From NCBI GenBank assembly GCA_045805985.1, contig JBJMKA010000015.1, positions 31,843-95,842 of the forward strand: 64,000 nucleotides of DNA, given 5' to 3'. Source of the DNA: Gaiellaceae bacterium. GTDB taxonomy: Bacteria > Actinomycetota > Thermoleophilia > Gaiellales > Gaiellaceae. The first letter of the stretch is position 1, and each line of letters starts with the position of its first letter. Made by a program: the position numbers and the translations under genes. Of the stretch, positions 49,272 to 57,434 are shown one piece after another. The notes under the pieces were generated by a model. The model saw nothing but the letters and a program-made list of their open reading frames with translations. It did not search any database and was not told where the DNA came from.

Positions 49272-50036
49272 ATGGTTCCGCGAGCCCTAACACCGGTCGG
49301 GATTGCGCTGGTCGACAAGCCGGCGGGCCCGTCGTCGTTCGGCATCGTCGCGGCGCTCCGCCGGCGCACCCGGGCGCGGACCGGTCACGCCGGGACACTG
49401 GACCCATTCGCCACGGGTCTTTTGGTCCTGTTGTCCGGCGCGGCAACCAGACTGGCACCGTGCTTCGTTGGGCTCGACAAGCGCTACGTGACCGACGTCG
49501 ACCTCACGTCGACGACGACGACCGGAGACCCGGAAGGGGAGATCGTCGAGCGGCACCCTGCACCATCCCGCGCGGAGCTGGACGAAGCACTCGCGCGCCT
49601 CCGCGGTGAGATCGAGCTGCCGATCCCCGCAGCGTCCGCGGTGAAGATCGGCGGTGAGCGCGCCTACAAGCTGGCGCGTCGGGGCGTCGCGGTCGAGATG
49701 CCCCTGAGGCGCTCAGTCGTGCATGCGCTCGACGTCATTTCCTATAGCGGCGATCCCGCAGCCGTACCCGGTGTGCGGATCGAGCTGCACGTCGGCTCCG
49801 GGACCTACGTGCGCTCGATCGCGCAGGCACTCGGCGGCCACTGCACGACGCTGCGTCGCACCGCGGTGGGGCCCTTCACGGTCGACGAGTCGGCGCCTGT
49901 CGACGAGGCGACGTTGCTGCCGGTCGCGGACGCGCTGAACCGCCTGCCGGCGGAAGCGCTGGAGCGCGTTCCCGATCCCGTGCGAGTCGGGGTGCTGGCA
50001 CTCGACGCGCCTGTCGGGAACGGGAGCGCAGCTTGA
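49272..50036 (+). CDS. truB: tRNA pseudouridine-55 synthase
   Basis: GHAGTLDPFATGLL catalytic Asp motif. Confidence 0.93.
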   Translation: MVPRALTPVGIALVDKPAGPSSFGIVAALRRRTRARTGHAGTLDPFATGLLVLLSGAATRLAPCFVGLDKRYVTDVDLTSTTTTGDPEGEIVERHPAPSRAELDEALARLRGEIELPIPAASAVKIGGERAYKLARRGVAVEMPLRRSVVHALDVISYSGDPAAVPGVRIELHVGSGTYVRSIAQALGGHCTTLRRTAVGPFTVDESAPVDEATLLPVADALNRLPAEALERVPDPVRVGVLALDAPVGNGSAA

Positions 50037-50046
50037 GGGCCGCACG

Positions 50047-50955
50047 GTGAACGTCGTTCGGAGGCCAGAAGAGCTCGAGCAGCGGCCGCGCGCGGTCGCG
50101 ATCGGCACCTTCGACGGTGTGCACCTGGGTCACCGCGCGGTCATCCGCGCGGCGCTCGATGCCGGCGCAGGTTCGACGAAGTCGGACACCGAAGGGGCCG
50201 CGCTGACCCCGACGGTCGTCACCTTCCATCCGCACCCGCGGACCGCGTTCGGCAACCGGGTCGCGCTCCTCTCGACGCTCGAGCGGCGGCTCGAGCTCTT
50301 GGCGGCACTCGGGGTCGAAGACGTGCTCGTCGTCGAGTTCACGCCCGAGCTGGCTTCCGTGCCACCTGAGGACTTCGCGCGCGACTACCTGGCGCAGATC
50401 GGCGCGGAGATCGTCGTGTGCGGGACCGGGTTCCGATTCGGACGCCAGCGTGCGGGTGACTGCGACCTGCTACGGGCGCTGGGCTTTGACACGCGCGAGG
50501 TGCCGCTCGTCGCGGGAATCTCGTCGACCAAGATCCGTCAGCTGGCAGAGGCCGGCGACGTAGAGGGTGCCGCGCGTCTGCTCGGACGGCCGCTCGAAGT
50601 CGATGGCACGGTCGTCAGCGGCGACCATCGCGGCGGCACACTCGGTTTCCCGACCGCGAACTTGCTGGTCGCGCCGGACATGCTCGTGCCCGAGTTCGGC
50701 ATCTATGCGGGTGCCGTCGGGGACAAGCGGGCTGCGATCTCAATCGGCGTCAACCCGCACTACGGCGGCACCGAACGGCGGGTCGAGGCCTACCTCCTCG
50801 ACTGGACCGGCGATCTCTACGGCGACCGCCTGGTCGTCGAGCTCTGGCGGCGGCTGCGGGAGGAGCGAGCCTTCGCGAGCGAGGCCGATCTGGTCGAGCA
50901 GATCGCCCGCGACGTCGAGGAGACGAGGTCTGCTTCCCGTCCGGTAGAGGCTTGA
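50047..50955 (+). CDS. ribF: Bifunctional riboflavin kinase / FMN adenylyltransferase
   Basis: GTFDGVHLGH and GFPTANL ... YGG motifs. GTG start. Confidence 0.93.
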   Translation: MNVVRRPEELEQRPRAVAIGTFDGVHLGHRAVIRAALDAGAGSTKSDTEGAALTPTVVTFHPHPRTAFGNRVALLSTLERRLELLAALGVEDVLVVEFTPELASVPPEDFARDYLAQIGAEIVVCGTGFRFGRQRAGDCDLLRALGFDTREVPLVAGISSTKIRQLAEAGDVEGAARLLGRPLEVDGTVVSGDHRGGTLGFPTANLLVAPDMLVPEFGIYAGAVGDKRAAISIGVNPHYGGTERRVEAYLLDWTGDLYGDRLVVELWRRLREERAFASEADLVEQIARDVEETRSASRPVEA

Positions 50956-51018
50956 TGTGGATTGGGGTGCTTGCGGGCTCGCGCGCAAGGTTCTCCCGCA
51001 CACGGCGTCTTGTGACGT

Positions 51019-51258
51019 GTGGGGGAAGAGAGCAATGTCATCCGGATCAACCGTGTGCGGTGCCTGGACTGCGGCGCGAAGTACGTCAAACCTGTCGACG
51101 GTGGAACGGTGCATGCGAATCCGGGATGCCCGCGTTGCAGCTACATGGGGTGGATCTCCGCGACCATCCCGGTCGCGAAGTCGGGCCGGACTATGCCCAG
51201 CGGACCGCGCCGCTTCGCCGAGGATCGGCGCCGGCCCCCAATCGCCCCAGCGCGCTGA
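51019..51258 (+). CDS. Possible small zinc-ribbon protein
   Basis: 79-aa ORF. RCLDCGAKY ... GCPRCSY forms a CxxC...CxxC pair. Moderate codon bias. 3' end overlaps the convergent ggt by 68 nt. GTG start without a clear Shine-Dalgarno sequence. Confidence 0.4.
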   Translation: MGEESNVIRINRVRCLDCGAKYVKPVDGGTVHANPGCPRCSYMGWISATIPVAKSGRTMPSGPRRFAEDRRRPPIAPAR

Positions 51259-52558
51259 CGCCGCCGAAGTAATGGTGGCGGCTGGCCCAGCGCCGGACCG
51301 GGCGACCCCGGCGCTCGAGCGCGGACAGCCACACGTCGTCGACACCCGGCTCGGCGTTCACGACGTCGCCCGCCGGGTGGAAGCGCGGCCGATCGATCGC
51401 GGTCTGCGGCTCGACGCCGTCGTGTAGGACCGAGCCCAGGACGCCGACCAGCGCGGTCCGCAGTCGTGTGCCGCCCGCGGCGCCGATCGCGAGCTCGAGG
51501 CCGCCGCCGGAGGCCGCTCGATCGAAGGCGAGCGTCGGCGCCATCATGCTTGCCATCCGGTCGCCGGGCCGCAGCGGCTCGCGGATCAGGTCGGACTCGC
51601 CGAGCATGCTGTTCAGATGCAGGTCGAGCCCGGGCAGCCAGTCGCCTGAGCCGAGGCCGAGGCTCGTCGTCAGCACGCACGCGCTGCCCTCCGCGTCGAC
51701 GACCGTGATGTTCGTCGTGTGGCCGTCCATGACCGGCACCGCCTCGAGCGCGGCGAGCAGTGCCGACGGCCCGCCCGCCGGATCGAAGCGCGCAAGCGTC
51801 TCCGGAACGCCTGACAGGCCGCGCCGCGTGAGCACGCGGCGCCCGGCGAACTCGACGCGCACGGGCTCCGTCCACACAGGTGCGTAGCCCTCGAGGTCGG
51901 TGGGAGTGATCGCCCCGCCCCGCTCACGCATCAGTTCGAGCAGCGAGCGTGCGATCGTGCCCGAGTAGACGGAGGCCGCACCCTCGTCGCGCACGAGCTC
52001 GAGCGCACGCACGAGCCCGGGTTGCTGCAGCACATCGCCTTCGACCATCAGTCCGCCGGTCGGGGCGTAGATCGCGGCGCCCTCGCGCATCGTCATCACC
52101 GGCGCGAGCATCACGAGACACGCAACGTGCGCAGCGGGCATTGCAACGCCGTCGCGCGCGAGCCGCAGCGCCGGCTCGACGAGTCGCGCCCACGGCAGGC
52201 GACCGTACGCACGCCAAAGCGCGTCGAGCCCCGCCGGCACGCCCGGAACGGCGCACGACGAGGCGCCGATCGCGTAGTGCACGAGCTCCTCGCCGAACGG
52301 CACCTCGAGCGAGTCCATCGGCGCGCCCTCACCCCACGGCACCGAGACGAAGCAGTCGAGGTTGCGTGCTGTGCCGCTCGCGGCGTCGAAGTAGATCGCG
52401 TGACCACCGCCGAGCAGGCCGGTCATGATCGTCTCGGCGACGCACGAGGCGAGGCACGCAGCGACTGCCGCGTCGGCCGCGGTGCCGCCGTCGGCGAGGA
52501 TCTCGGCACCCGCCGCCGCGGTTGCGGGATGGCCTGCCGCGACTGCCGCTGTGCTCAC
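51191..52558 (-). CDS. ggt: Gamma-glutamyltransferase family protein
   Basis: Ntn-hydrolase nucleophile motif DGHTTNITVVD and GGG box. Confidence 0.9.
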   Translation of the reverse strand: MSTAAVAAGHPATAAAGAEILADGGTAADAAVAACLASCVAETIMTGLLGGGHAIYFDAASGTARNLDCFVSVPWGEGAPMDSLEVPFGEELVHYAIGASSCAVPGVPAGLDALWRAYGRLPWARLVEPALRLARDGVAMPAAHVACLVMLAPVMTMREGAAIYAPTGGLMVEGDVLQQPGLVRALELVRDEGAASVYSGTIARSLLELMRERGGAITPTDLEGYAPVWTEPVRVEFAGRRVLTRRGLSGVPETLARFDPAGGPSALLAALEAVPVMDGHTTNITVVDAEGSACVLTTSLGLGSGDWLPGLDLHLNSMLGESDLIREPLRPGDRMASMMAPTLAFDRAASGGGLELAIGAAGGTRLRTALVGVLGSVLHDGVEPQTAIDRPRFHPAGDVVNAEPGVDDVWLSALERRGRPVRRWASRHHYFGGVSALGRLGAGADPRRSGAVRWA

Positions 52559-53700
52559 GTGACGCGCTCGGCGAGTCGGCTGCCGAACCGGCCGAACCCC
52601 TCGAGCGGAAAGTCGAACCGCTCGTGCACTCGAGCGCGCTCGGTGATCTCGAAGCTGCGCTCGCCGATCGGTCGCGCTGCAAACTCGCCGTCCTCGAGCC
52701 TCACCGTGAGCCCGCCCACTGCGTACTCGACGTCGATCGAGCGGTCGCTGTTCGCGTACGACCCGCTGAAACCCTCGAGCACGTCGTCGGAAAGGTCAAC
52801 TGTCTCCGGCACGCGCCGCCGCGATCCGAGCACTCGCTCGAAGAACGCGTTCTCGACGTCGTACAACGCCTTCGCGCCGCGGCTGTCGTTCGTCAGCCCG
52901 ACGAAGACCGCGCCGTGCTCGGGAACGACGAGGAGCGACGACTGGAATCCGCCCCAGGACCCGCCGTGGCCCCAGACCTCGACCCCGCCGACTCGCTCGC
53001 CGAAGAGCCCGAGCCCGTAAACGCCACCCGTCGGCTTGCCGTGCACGACCCGCATCCGCACGAGTTCCGGTGAATCGAGCAGCCAGTGCCCGAAACGCAG
53101 CAGATCGGGAACGTTCGAGACGAGCCCGCCGGAAGGCCGACGTGCCCGCGGGTAAGGGCCCGGCAGCGTGTCGGGGCCGGAACCGGGAACGTCGGGCTCG
53201 CCGAACGAGGTGGCCTCGAGCCCGGCAGGCCCGATCACGCGCTCCGCCAGCGCCTCCTCGTAGGACAGGCCGGCTCGCTCCGCGCACATCCAGCCCGCGA
53301 GCCAGTAGCCGGTGTTCGCATACGACCAGGTGTGCTCGACGCCGAGGAAACGCCGGATGCTGGGCAAATCCTGGACGAGGATCGCGAGAGCGTCGTCCGC
53401 GTCACCGAAGCGGCCGAGATCGCCCGCGTCGCTGTCGAAGCCGCTCAGATGCGAGAGCAGGTGCCGCACCCGAACGTCGCCGGGCCAGATCCCGGTCGAT
53501 TCCTCGAGGTCGAGGAGCCCGAGGCACATGGCGGCGGTGAACGGCTTCGTGATCGAGGCGACCCTGAACACCGTGTCCGGAGAACATCCGATCGCATGCG
53601 CCTCGACTTCGCCTCCGACCGACACGCCGAGCGCGAGCGCGGGCACCTTCCAGGTGCGCGCGGCGGCCTCAGATGCCTGCAAAAACGACGAATCCAGCAC
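52555..53700 (-). CDS. Serine hydrolase, beta-lactamase/PBP (class C-like) family
   Basis: SxxK (ASITKPF) and YxN (YANTGY) motifs. Confidence 0.85.
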   Translation of the reverse strand: MLDSSFLQASEAAARTWKVPALALGVSVGGEVEAHAIGCSPDTVFRVASITKPFTAAMCLGLLDLEESTGIWPGDVRVRHLLSHLSGFDSDAGDLGRFGDADDALAILVQDLPSIRRFLGVEHTWSYANTGYWLAGWMCAERAGLSYEEALAERVIGPAGLEATSFGEPDVPGSGPDTLPGPYPRARRPSGGLVSNVPDLLRFGHWLLDSPELVRMRVVHGKPTGGVYGLGLFGERVGGVEVWGHGGSWGGFQSSLLVVPEHGAVFVGLTNDSRGAKALYDVENAFFERVLGSRRRVPETVDLSDDVLEGFSGSYANSDRSIDVEYAVGGLTVRLEDGEFAARPIGERSFEITERARVHERFDFPLEGFGRFGSRLAERVT

Positions 53701-53799
53701 GAGTTCGCTACCCTACTCACCGACCCGGTCTCGGCCGTGCGCGTCTTCCTTCGCGACGTTCGCTGAGACTTGGGTGTCGTCTACTCAGAGGAGAAAGAG

Positions 53800-54069
53800 A
53801 TGCCCCTCACCAAGGAAGAAAAGGTCGAGCACGTTCAGAAGTTCGGCAAGCACGAGACTGACACCGGTTCGCCGGAGGTTCAGATCGCGATGCTGTCGCA
53901 GCGCATCAGCGAGCTCACTGAGCACCTCCGCACGCACAAGCACGATCACTACTCGCGTCGCGGTCTGCTCAAGCTCGTCGGCCGGCGCCGCAGGTTCCTG
54001 AACTACCTGCAGCGGAAAGACCTCGAGGGCTATCGCGCCCTCATCAAGGAGCTCGGCCTCCGCCGGTAA
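53800..54069 (+). CDS. rpsO: 30S ribosomal protein S15
   Basis: ORF 53770..54069 trimmed to ATG 53800 (GAGGAGAAAGAG Shine-Dalgarno region). TGSPEVQIA ... [11 protein letters not shown]. Confidence 0.95.
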   Translation: MPLTKEEKVEHVQKFGKHETDTGSPEVQIAMLSQRISELTEHLRTHKHDHYSRRGLLKLVGRRRRFLNYLQRKDLEGYRALIKELGLRR

Positions 54070-54083
54070 CGCTCCTTTAGTCA

Positions 54084-54156
54084 AGGAGGGTGGAGTTTGG
54101 GCGAGCGCCGCTGCCGTTCAAACGGAGCAGGGCGTTGACCCAAACTTCCACCCTTC
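54084..54156 (+). promoter_or_regulatory. Long rod hairpin in the rpsO-pnp spacer (pnp leader, RNase III-type target)
   Basis: GGAGGGTGGAGTTTGGG (54085-54101) pairs with CCCAAACTTCCACCCTTC (54139-54156), with one bulge. An inner helix lies at 54111-54130. Confidence 0.7.
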
Positions 54157-54204
54157 ACTCAGTAAGCACCGCATTTGAAGTGCAGTGGAGGAATAGGAGA
54201 ACTG

Positions 54205-56715
54205 ATGAGCATTGTTGAAGCTGAGCATCCCGCCGGGGTGCCGGTTTCCGTGTCCGTCGAGATCGGCGGCAAGGAGATTTCATTCGAGACGGGGAAGATC
54301 GCCAAGCAGGCAGACGGGGCAGTCCTCGTCCGCAGTGGCGACACCGTCGTCCTCGGGACGGCGCAGGGCCGGACGGAAGCGCGCGAAGGTGCGGACTTCT
54401 TCCCCCTGACGATCGACGTCGAGGAGCGCATGTACGCCGCCGGCAAGATCCCGGGCGGCTTTTTCAAGCGGGAAGGGCGCCCCACGGAGCGCGCAATCCT
54501 GACCGCACGCATGATCGACCGCCCGGTCCGGCCGCTTTGGCCGAAGGGCTATCGCAACGAGACCCAGGGCGTCGCCACGGTCTTCTCGGCCGACATGGTG
54601 AACGCGCACGACATCCTCGCGATCAACGCGGTCTCCGCGGCGCTGACCGTGTCGCCCCTACCGTTCGTCGGCCCAATCGGCGCCGTGCGCATGGGGATCG
54701 TCGAGGGCAACCTCGTCGTCAACCCGACGCTCCAGGAGCTCGAGGACACCGATCTCGACCTGATCGTCGTCGGCACGAAGGACGGCCTGACGATGGTCGA
54801 GGCGGGCGCGAAGCAGGTGCACGAGGACAAGCTGCTCGAGGCACTCGAGATCGCCCACCGCGAGATCGTGAAGCTCTGCGACGCCCAGCTCGAGCTGCGC
54901 GCGAAGAAGGGCAAGACGAAGTGGCTCGACCCGGCGGTCACCGAGCGGCTCGAGTCGGCCTACGGCCACGAGATCTGGGAGCGCATCCAGAAGGTGGGCC
55001 TCCGCGAGGCCGCTGCGATCGTCGAGGAGATCGTCGAGAAGGAAGTCGGCGCCCCCTCCCTCGATGCGAACGAGGAGAAGGTCTTCTCCGAGCTGCAGGT
55101 CCGCATGTCGCTGGCGCAGATCCTCGAGAAGCAGCGCTCCGTCGCGGTCGAGACCGTCGTCCGTGAGAAGTTCGAGAACGACCTGCGTGGTCTCACCGAG
55201 GCCGAGCAGGACTCGAAGGAGCTCAAGTCGGCGAAGCGGAACCTCGTCTTCGAGCACATCATCGAGAGCGTCGAGCTGCCGTTCCCGGTCGGCCCGGCCA
55301 CCGTCGACGGTGAGAGGCCCGTCGTCAAGGACGCGCTCACGAAGAGCTATGTCAAGAAGGCGTGCGAGTCGATCTACAAGTCGCTCGTCCGCCAGAAGAT
55401 CGCGGTCGACAAGCGTCGTCCCGACGGCCGGACTGCAACGCAGATCCGCCCGATCGAGATCGAGGTCAGCGTGATGCCCCGTACCCACGGGTCGGGCCTC
55501 TTCACGCGTGGCCAGACGCAGATCCTGTCGCTGTTGACGCTCGGCACCGCGAAGGAGGGGCAGCGCATCGACGACCTTTCCCTCGAGCGTGACCGGCGCT
55601 TCATGCACCACTACAACTTCCCGCCTTACTCGGTGGGTGAGACGGGCCGCATGGGCTCGCCCAAGCGGCGCGACATCGGCCACGGTGCGCTCGCACAGCG
55701 CGCACTCGAGGCCGTGCTCCCGACAACGGAGACCTTCCCGTACACGATCCGGATCGTGTCCGAGACGCTCGAGTCGAACGGCTCGTCGTCGATGGGCTCG
55801 GTCTGCGGCTCGACTCTCGCGCTGATGGACGCCGGTGTGCCGATCACGGCCCCCGTCTCCGGCATCGCGATGGGCCTCGTCAAGGAAGGCGACGAGTACG
55901 AGATCCTGACCGATATCCAGGGCGCGGAGGACCACCTCGGCGATATGGACTTCAAGGTCGCCGGCACGCAGGAGGGCATCACCGCCCTGCAGATGGACAT
56001 CAAGATCACCGGCGTCAGCCGTGAGATCATGCAGCAGGCCCTCGCCCAGGCGAAGGACGCCCGCATCGCGATCCTCGGCAAGATGAACGAGGCGATCTCG
56101 GCCCCGCGCGCAGCACTCGCGGAGCATGCACCACGGATCTCGACGATTCAGATCAACCCGGAGTTCATCGGGATGGTGATCGGCAAGGGCGGCGAGACGA
56201 TCCGCTCGCTCGAGTCCGACTACGAGGTGCAGATCGACATCGAGGAGGACGGCACGATCCTCGTGTACGCCACCGAGGGCACCAAGGGTGACGCCGCCAT
56301 CGAGGCGATCCGGAACCTGACCAAGGAGCCCGAGGTCGGCGATACCTACACGGGTCGCGTGGTCAAGACGACCGACTTCGGTGCGTTCGTCGAGCTGAAG
56401 AAGGGCACCGACGGCCTGCTCCACGTTTCGAACGTGGGCCCCGGCCGCGTCAACCACATCGAAGACGTCATCGCACGCGGTGACATCCTCGACGTCGTCG
56501 TGCAGGAAGTGGACAAGGCGCGTGGCCGCATCGGCCTCAAGCTCGTCCAGAAGCACGAAGGCGAGACCATGGTTTCCCCGGAGCAGCTCGTCGAGCGGGC
56601 GAAGGACGCCCCGCCGCGCGAGCCCCGCGAGGATCGCGGTCCGCGTCGTGACGGCCCCCGCGGTGGCGGTCGTGGCGGGCCGCGCCGCGAGCGCGAGGGC
56701 TCGCGTTCCGAGTAA
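54205..56715 (+). CDS. pnp: Polyribonucleotide nucleotidyltransferase (PNPase) with an Arg/Gly-rich tail
   Basis: ORF 54175..56715 trimmed to ATG 54205 (AGGAGA Shine-Dalgarno sequence). Two RNase PH domains, KH (GKGGETIRSL) and S1. C-terminal RDGPRGGGRGGPRRER. Confidence 0.96.
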   Translation: MSIVEAEHPAGVPVSVSVEIGGKEISFETGKIAKQADGAVLVRSGDTVVLGTAQGRTEAREGADFFPLTIDVEERMYAAGKIPGGFFKREGRPTERAILTARMIDRPVRPLWPKGYRNETQGVATVFSADMVNAHDILAINAVSAALTVSPLPFVGPIGAVRMGIVEGNLVVNPTLQELEDTDLDLIVVGTKDGLTMVEAGAKQVHEDKLLEALEIAHREIVKLCDAQLELRAKKGKTKWLDPAVTERLESAYGHEIWERIQKVGLREAAAIVEEIVEKEVGAPSLDANEEKVFSELQVRMSLAQILEKQRSVAVETVVREKFENDLRGLTEAEQDSKELKSAKRNLVFEHIIESVELPFPVGPATVDGERPVVKDALTKSYVKKACESIYKSLVRQKIAVDKRRPDGRTATQIRPIEIEVSVMPRTHGSGLFTRGQTQILSLLTLGTAKEGQRIDDLSLERDRRFMHHYNFPPYSVGETGRMGSPKRRDIGHGALAQRALEAVLPTTETFPYTIRIVSETLESNGSSSMGSVCGSTLALMDAGVPITAPVSGIAMGLVKEGDEYEILTDIQGAEDHLGDMDFKVAGTQEGITALQMDIKITGVSREIMQQALAQAKDARIAILGKMNEAISAPRAALAEHAPRISTIQINPEFIGMVIGKGGETIRSLESDYEVQIDIEEDGTILVYATEGTKGDAAIEAIRNLTKEPEVGDTYTGRVVKTTDFGAFVELKKGTDGLLHVSNVGPGRVNHIEDVIARGDILDVVVQEVDKARGRIGLKLVQKHEGETMVSPEQLVERAKDAPPREPREDRGPRRDGPRGGGRGGPRREREGSRSE

Positions 56716-56737
56716 CGAGTAGTACCGTCGGCGGTGA

Positions 56738-57271
56738 ATGAAGCCGCCCGACTCGATCACCGACGGCGTGGTCGTCCTCCGCGAATTGCGTGAGGGCGAC
56801 CGCGCCGCCACTCTTTTGACGATGCGCGACCAGGTCGTCGCGCGCTGGCTGAACATGCCGGCGGTGCCGGGCGACCGGGACTTCGATTCGCTCCTACGGG
56901 TTGGACGGGACGGCAGGGCATCGGGCGACCGCATCGACTACACCGTCACCGAGGCGGGGGATGACGTGTCGCTCGGCGCGGTGATCGCGTCGCGCCGGCA
57001 CCGCGACAACTGGGAGGTCGCGTATCTCGCGCGCGCGGAGGGGAGAGGGCGCGGCTTGATGACCCGCGCCGTGCGCCTGCTCTGCGACTGGCTGCTCCAG
57101 GAAGGCGTCGGGCGGATCGAGTTGCGCACGCACCCAGACAACGAGGCGTCGCAGAAGCTCGCCGAACGGGCCGGCTTCCGGCGCGAAGGCCTCGAGCGCC
57201 AATCGATCTGGCTGCACGGCGCGCGGGTGGATGCGATCCTGTGGTCGCTCTTGCCGAGCGACGCGCGCTGA
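56738..57271 (+). CDS. GNAT family N-acetyltransferase (RimJ/RimL-like)
   Basis: Acetyl-CoA motif region RGRGLMTRAV and NEASQKLAERAGFRREG. Confidence 0.85.
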   Translation: MKPPDSITDGVVVLRELREGDRAATLLTMRDQVVARWLNMPAVPGDRDFDSLLRVGRDGRASGDRIDYTVTEAGDDVSLGAVIASRRHRDNWEVAYLARAEGRGRGLMTRAVRLLCDWLLQEGVGRIELRTHPDNEASQKLAERAGFRREGLERQSIWLHGARVDAILWSLLPSDAR

Positions 57272-57289
57272 CCGGGGGCGCGCCCGCAA

Positions 57290-57406
57290 GGTGTCAGACA
57301 CCACTACCACTCGGGACGTTCGCGTGGGGCGCTCGAAGAGGTGTCTGACACCTGTTCGCTCGCGTGACGCGACCGGCCGACGCGAAACGCCGTGGTGTCA
57401 GACACC
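57290..57406. repeat. Three perfect GGTGTCWGACACC palindromes spaced 50 and 54 bp apart
   Basis: 57290-57302 GGTGTCAGACACC. 57340-57352 GGTGTCTGACACC (15-mer AGGTGTCTGACACCT). 57394-57406 GGTGTCAGACACC (15-mer TGGTGTCAGACACCA). Confidence 0.95.
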
Positions 57407-57434
57407 ACCGGCGCCACTCACCTACCATCCCACC

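Noticed and set aside
50049-50059. GAACgtcGTTC at the ribF start codon and GAACgcgGTTC at 6186-6196, as extra members of the GAAC-N3-GTTC dyad family.
   Set aside because: Their central triplets differ from the CCWGG core of the 19.3-kb and 40.5-kb copies. The ribF copy simply encodes V-N-V-V-R. One or two such hits could be chance. They are kept only as a note for a genome-wide motif census.
53701-53799. rpsO leader as an S15 autoregulatory pseudoknot or three-way junction.
   Set aside because: I could draw only a poor CTGAGAC/GTCTACTCAG pairing. There is not enough support for a structural call without covariation data.
57290-57406. Possible CRISPR array: regularly spaced identical repeats with spacing of about 50 bp.
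   Set aside because: There are only three copies. The repeats are 13-15 bp, too short for CRISPR, and are perfect palindromes. No cas genes or leader are present. The same motif also occurs singly elsewhere.
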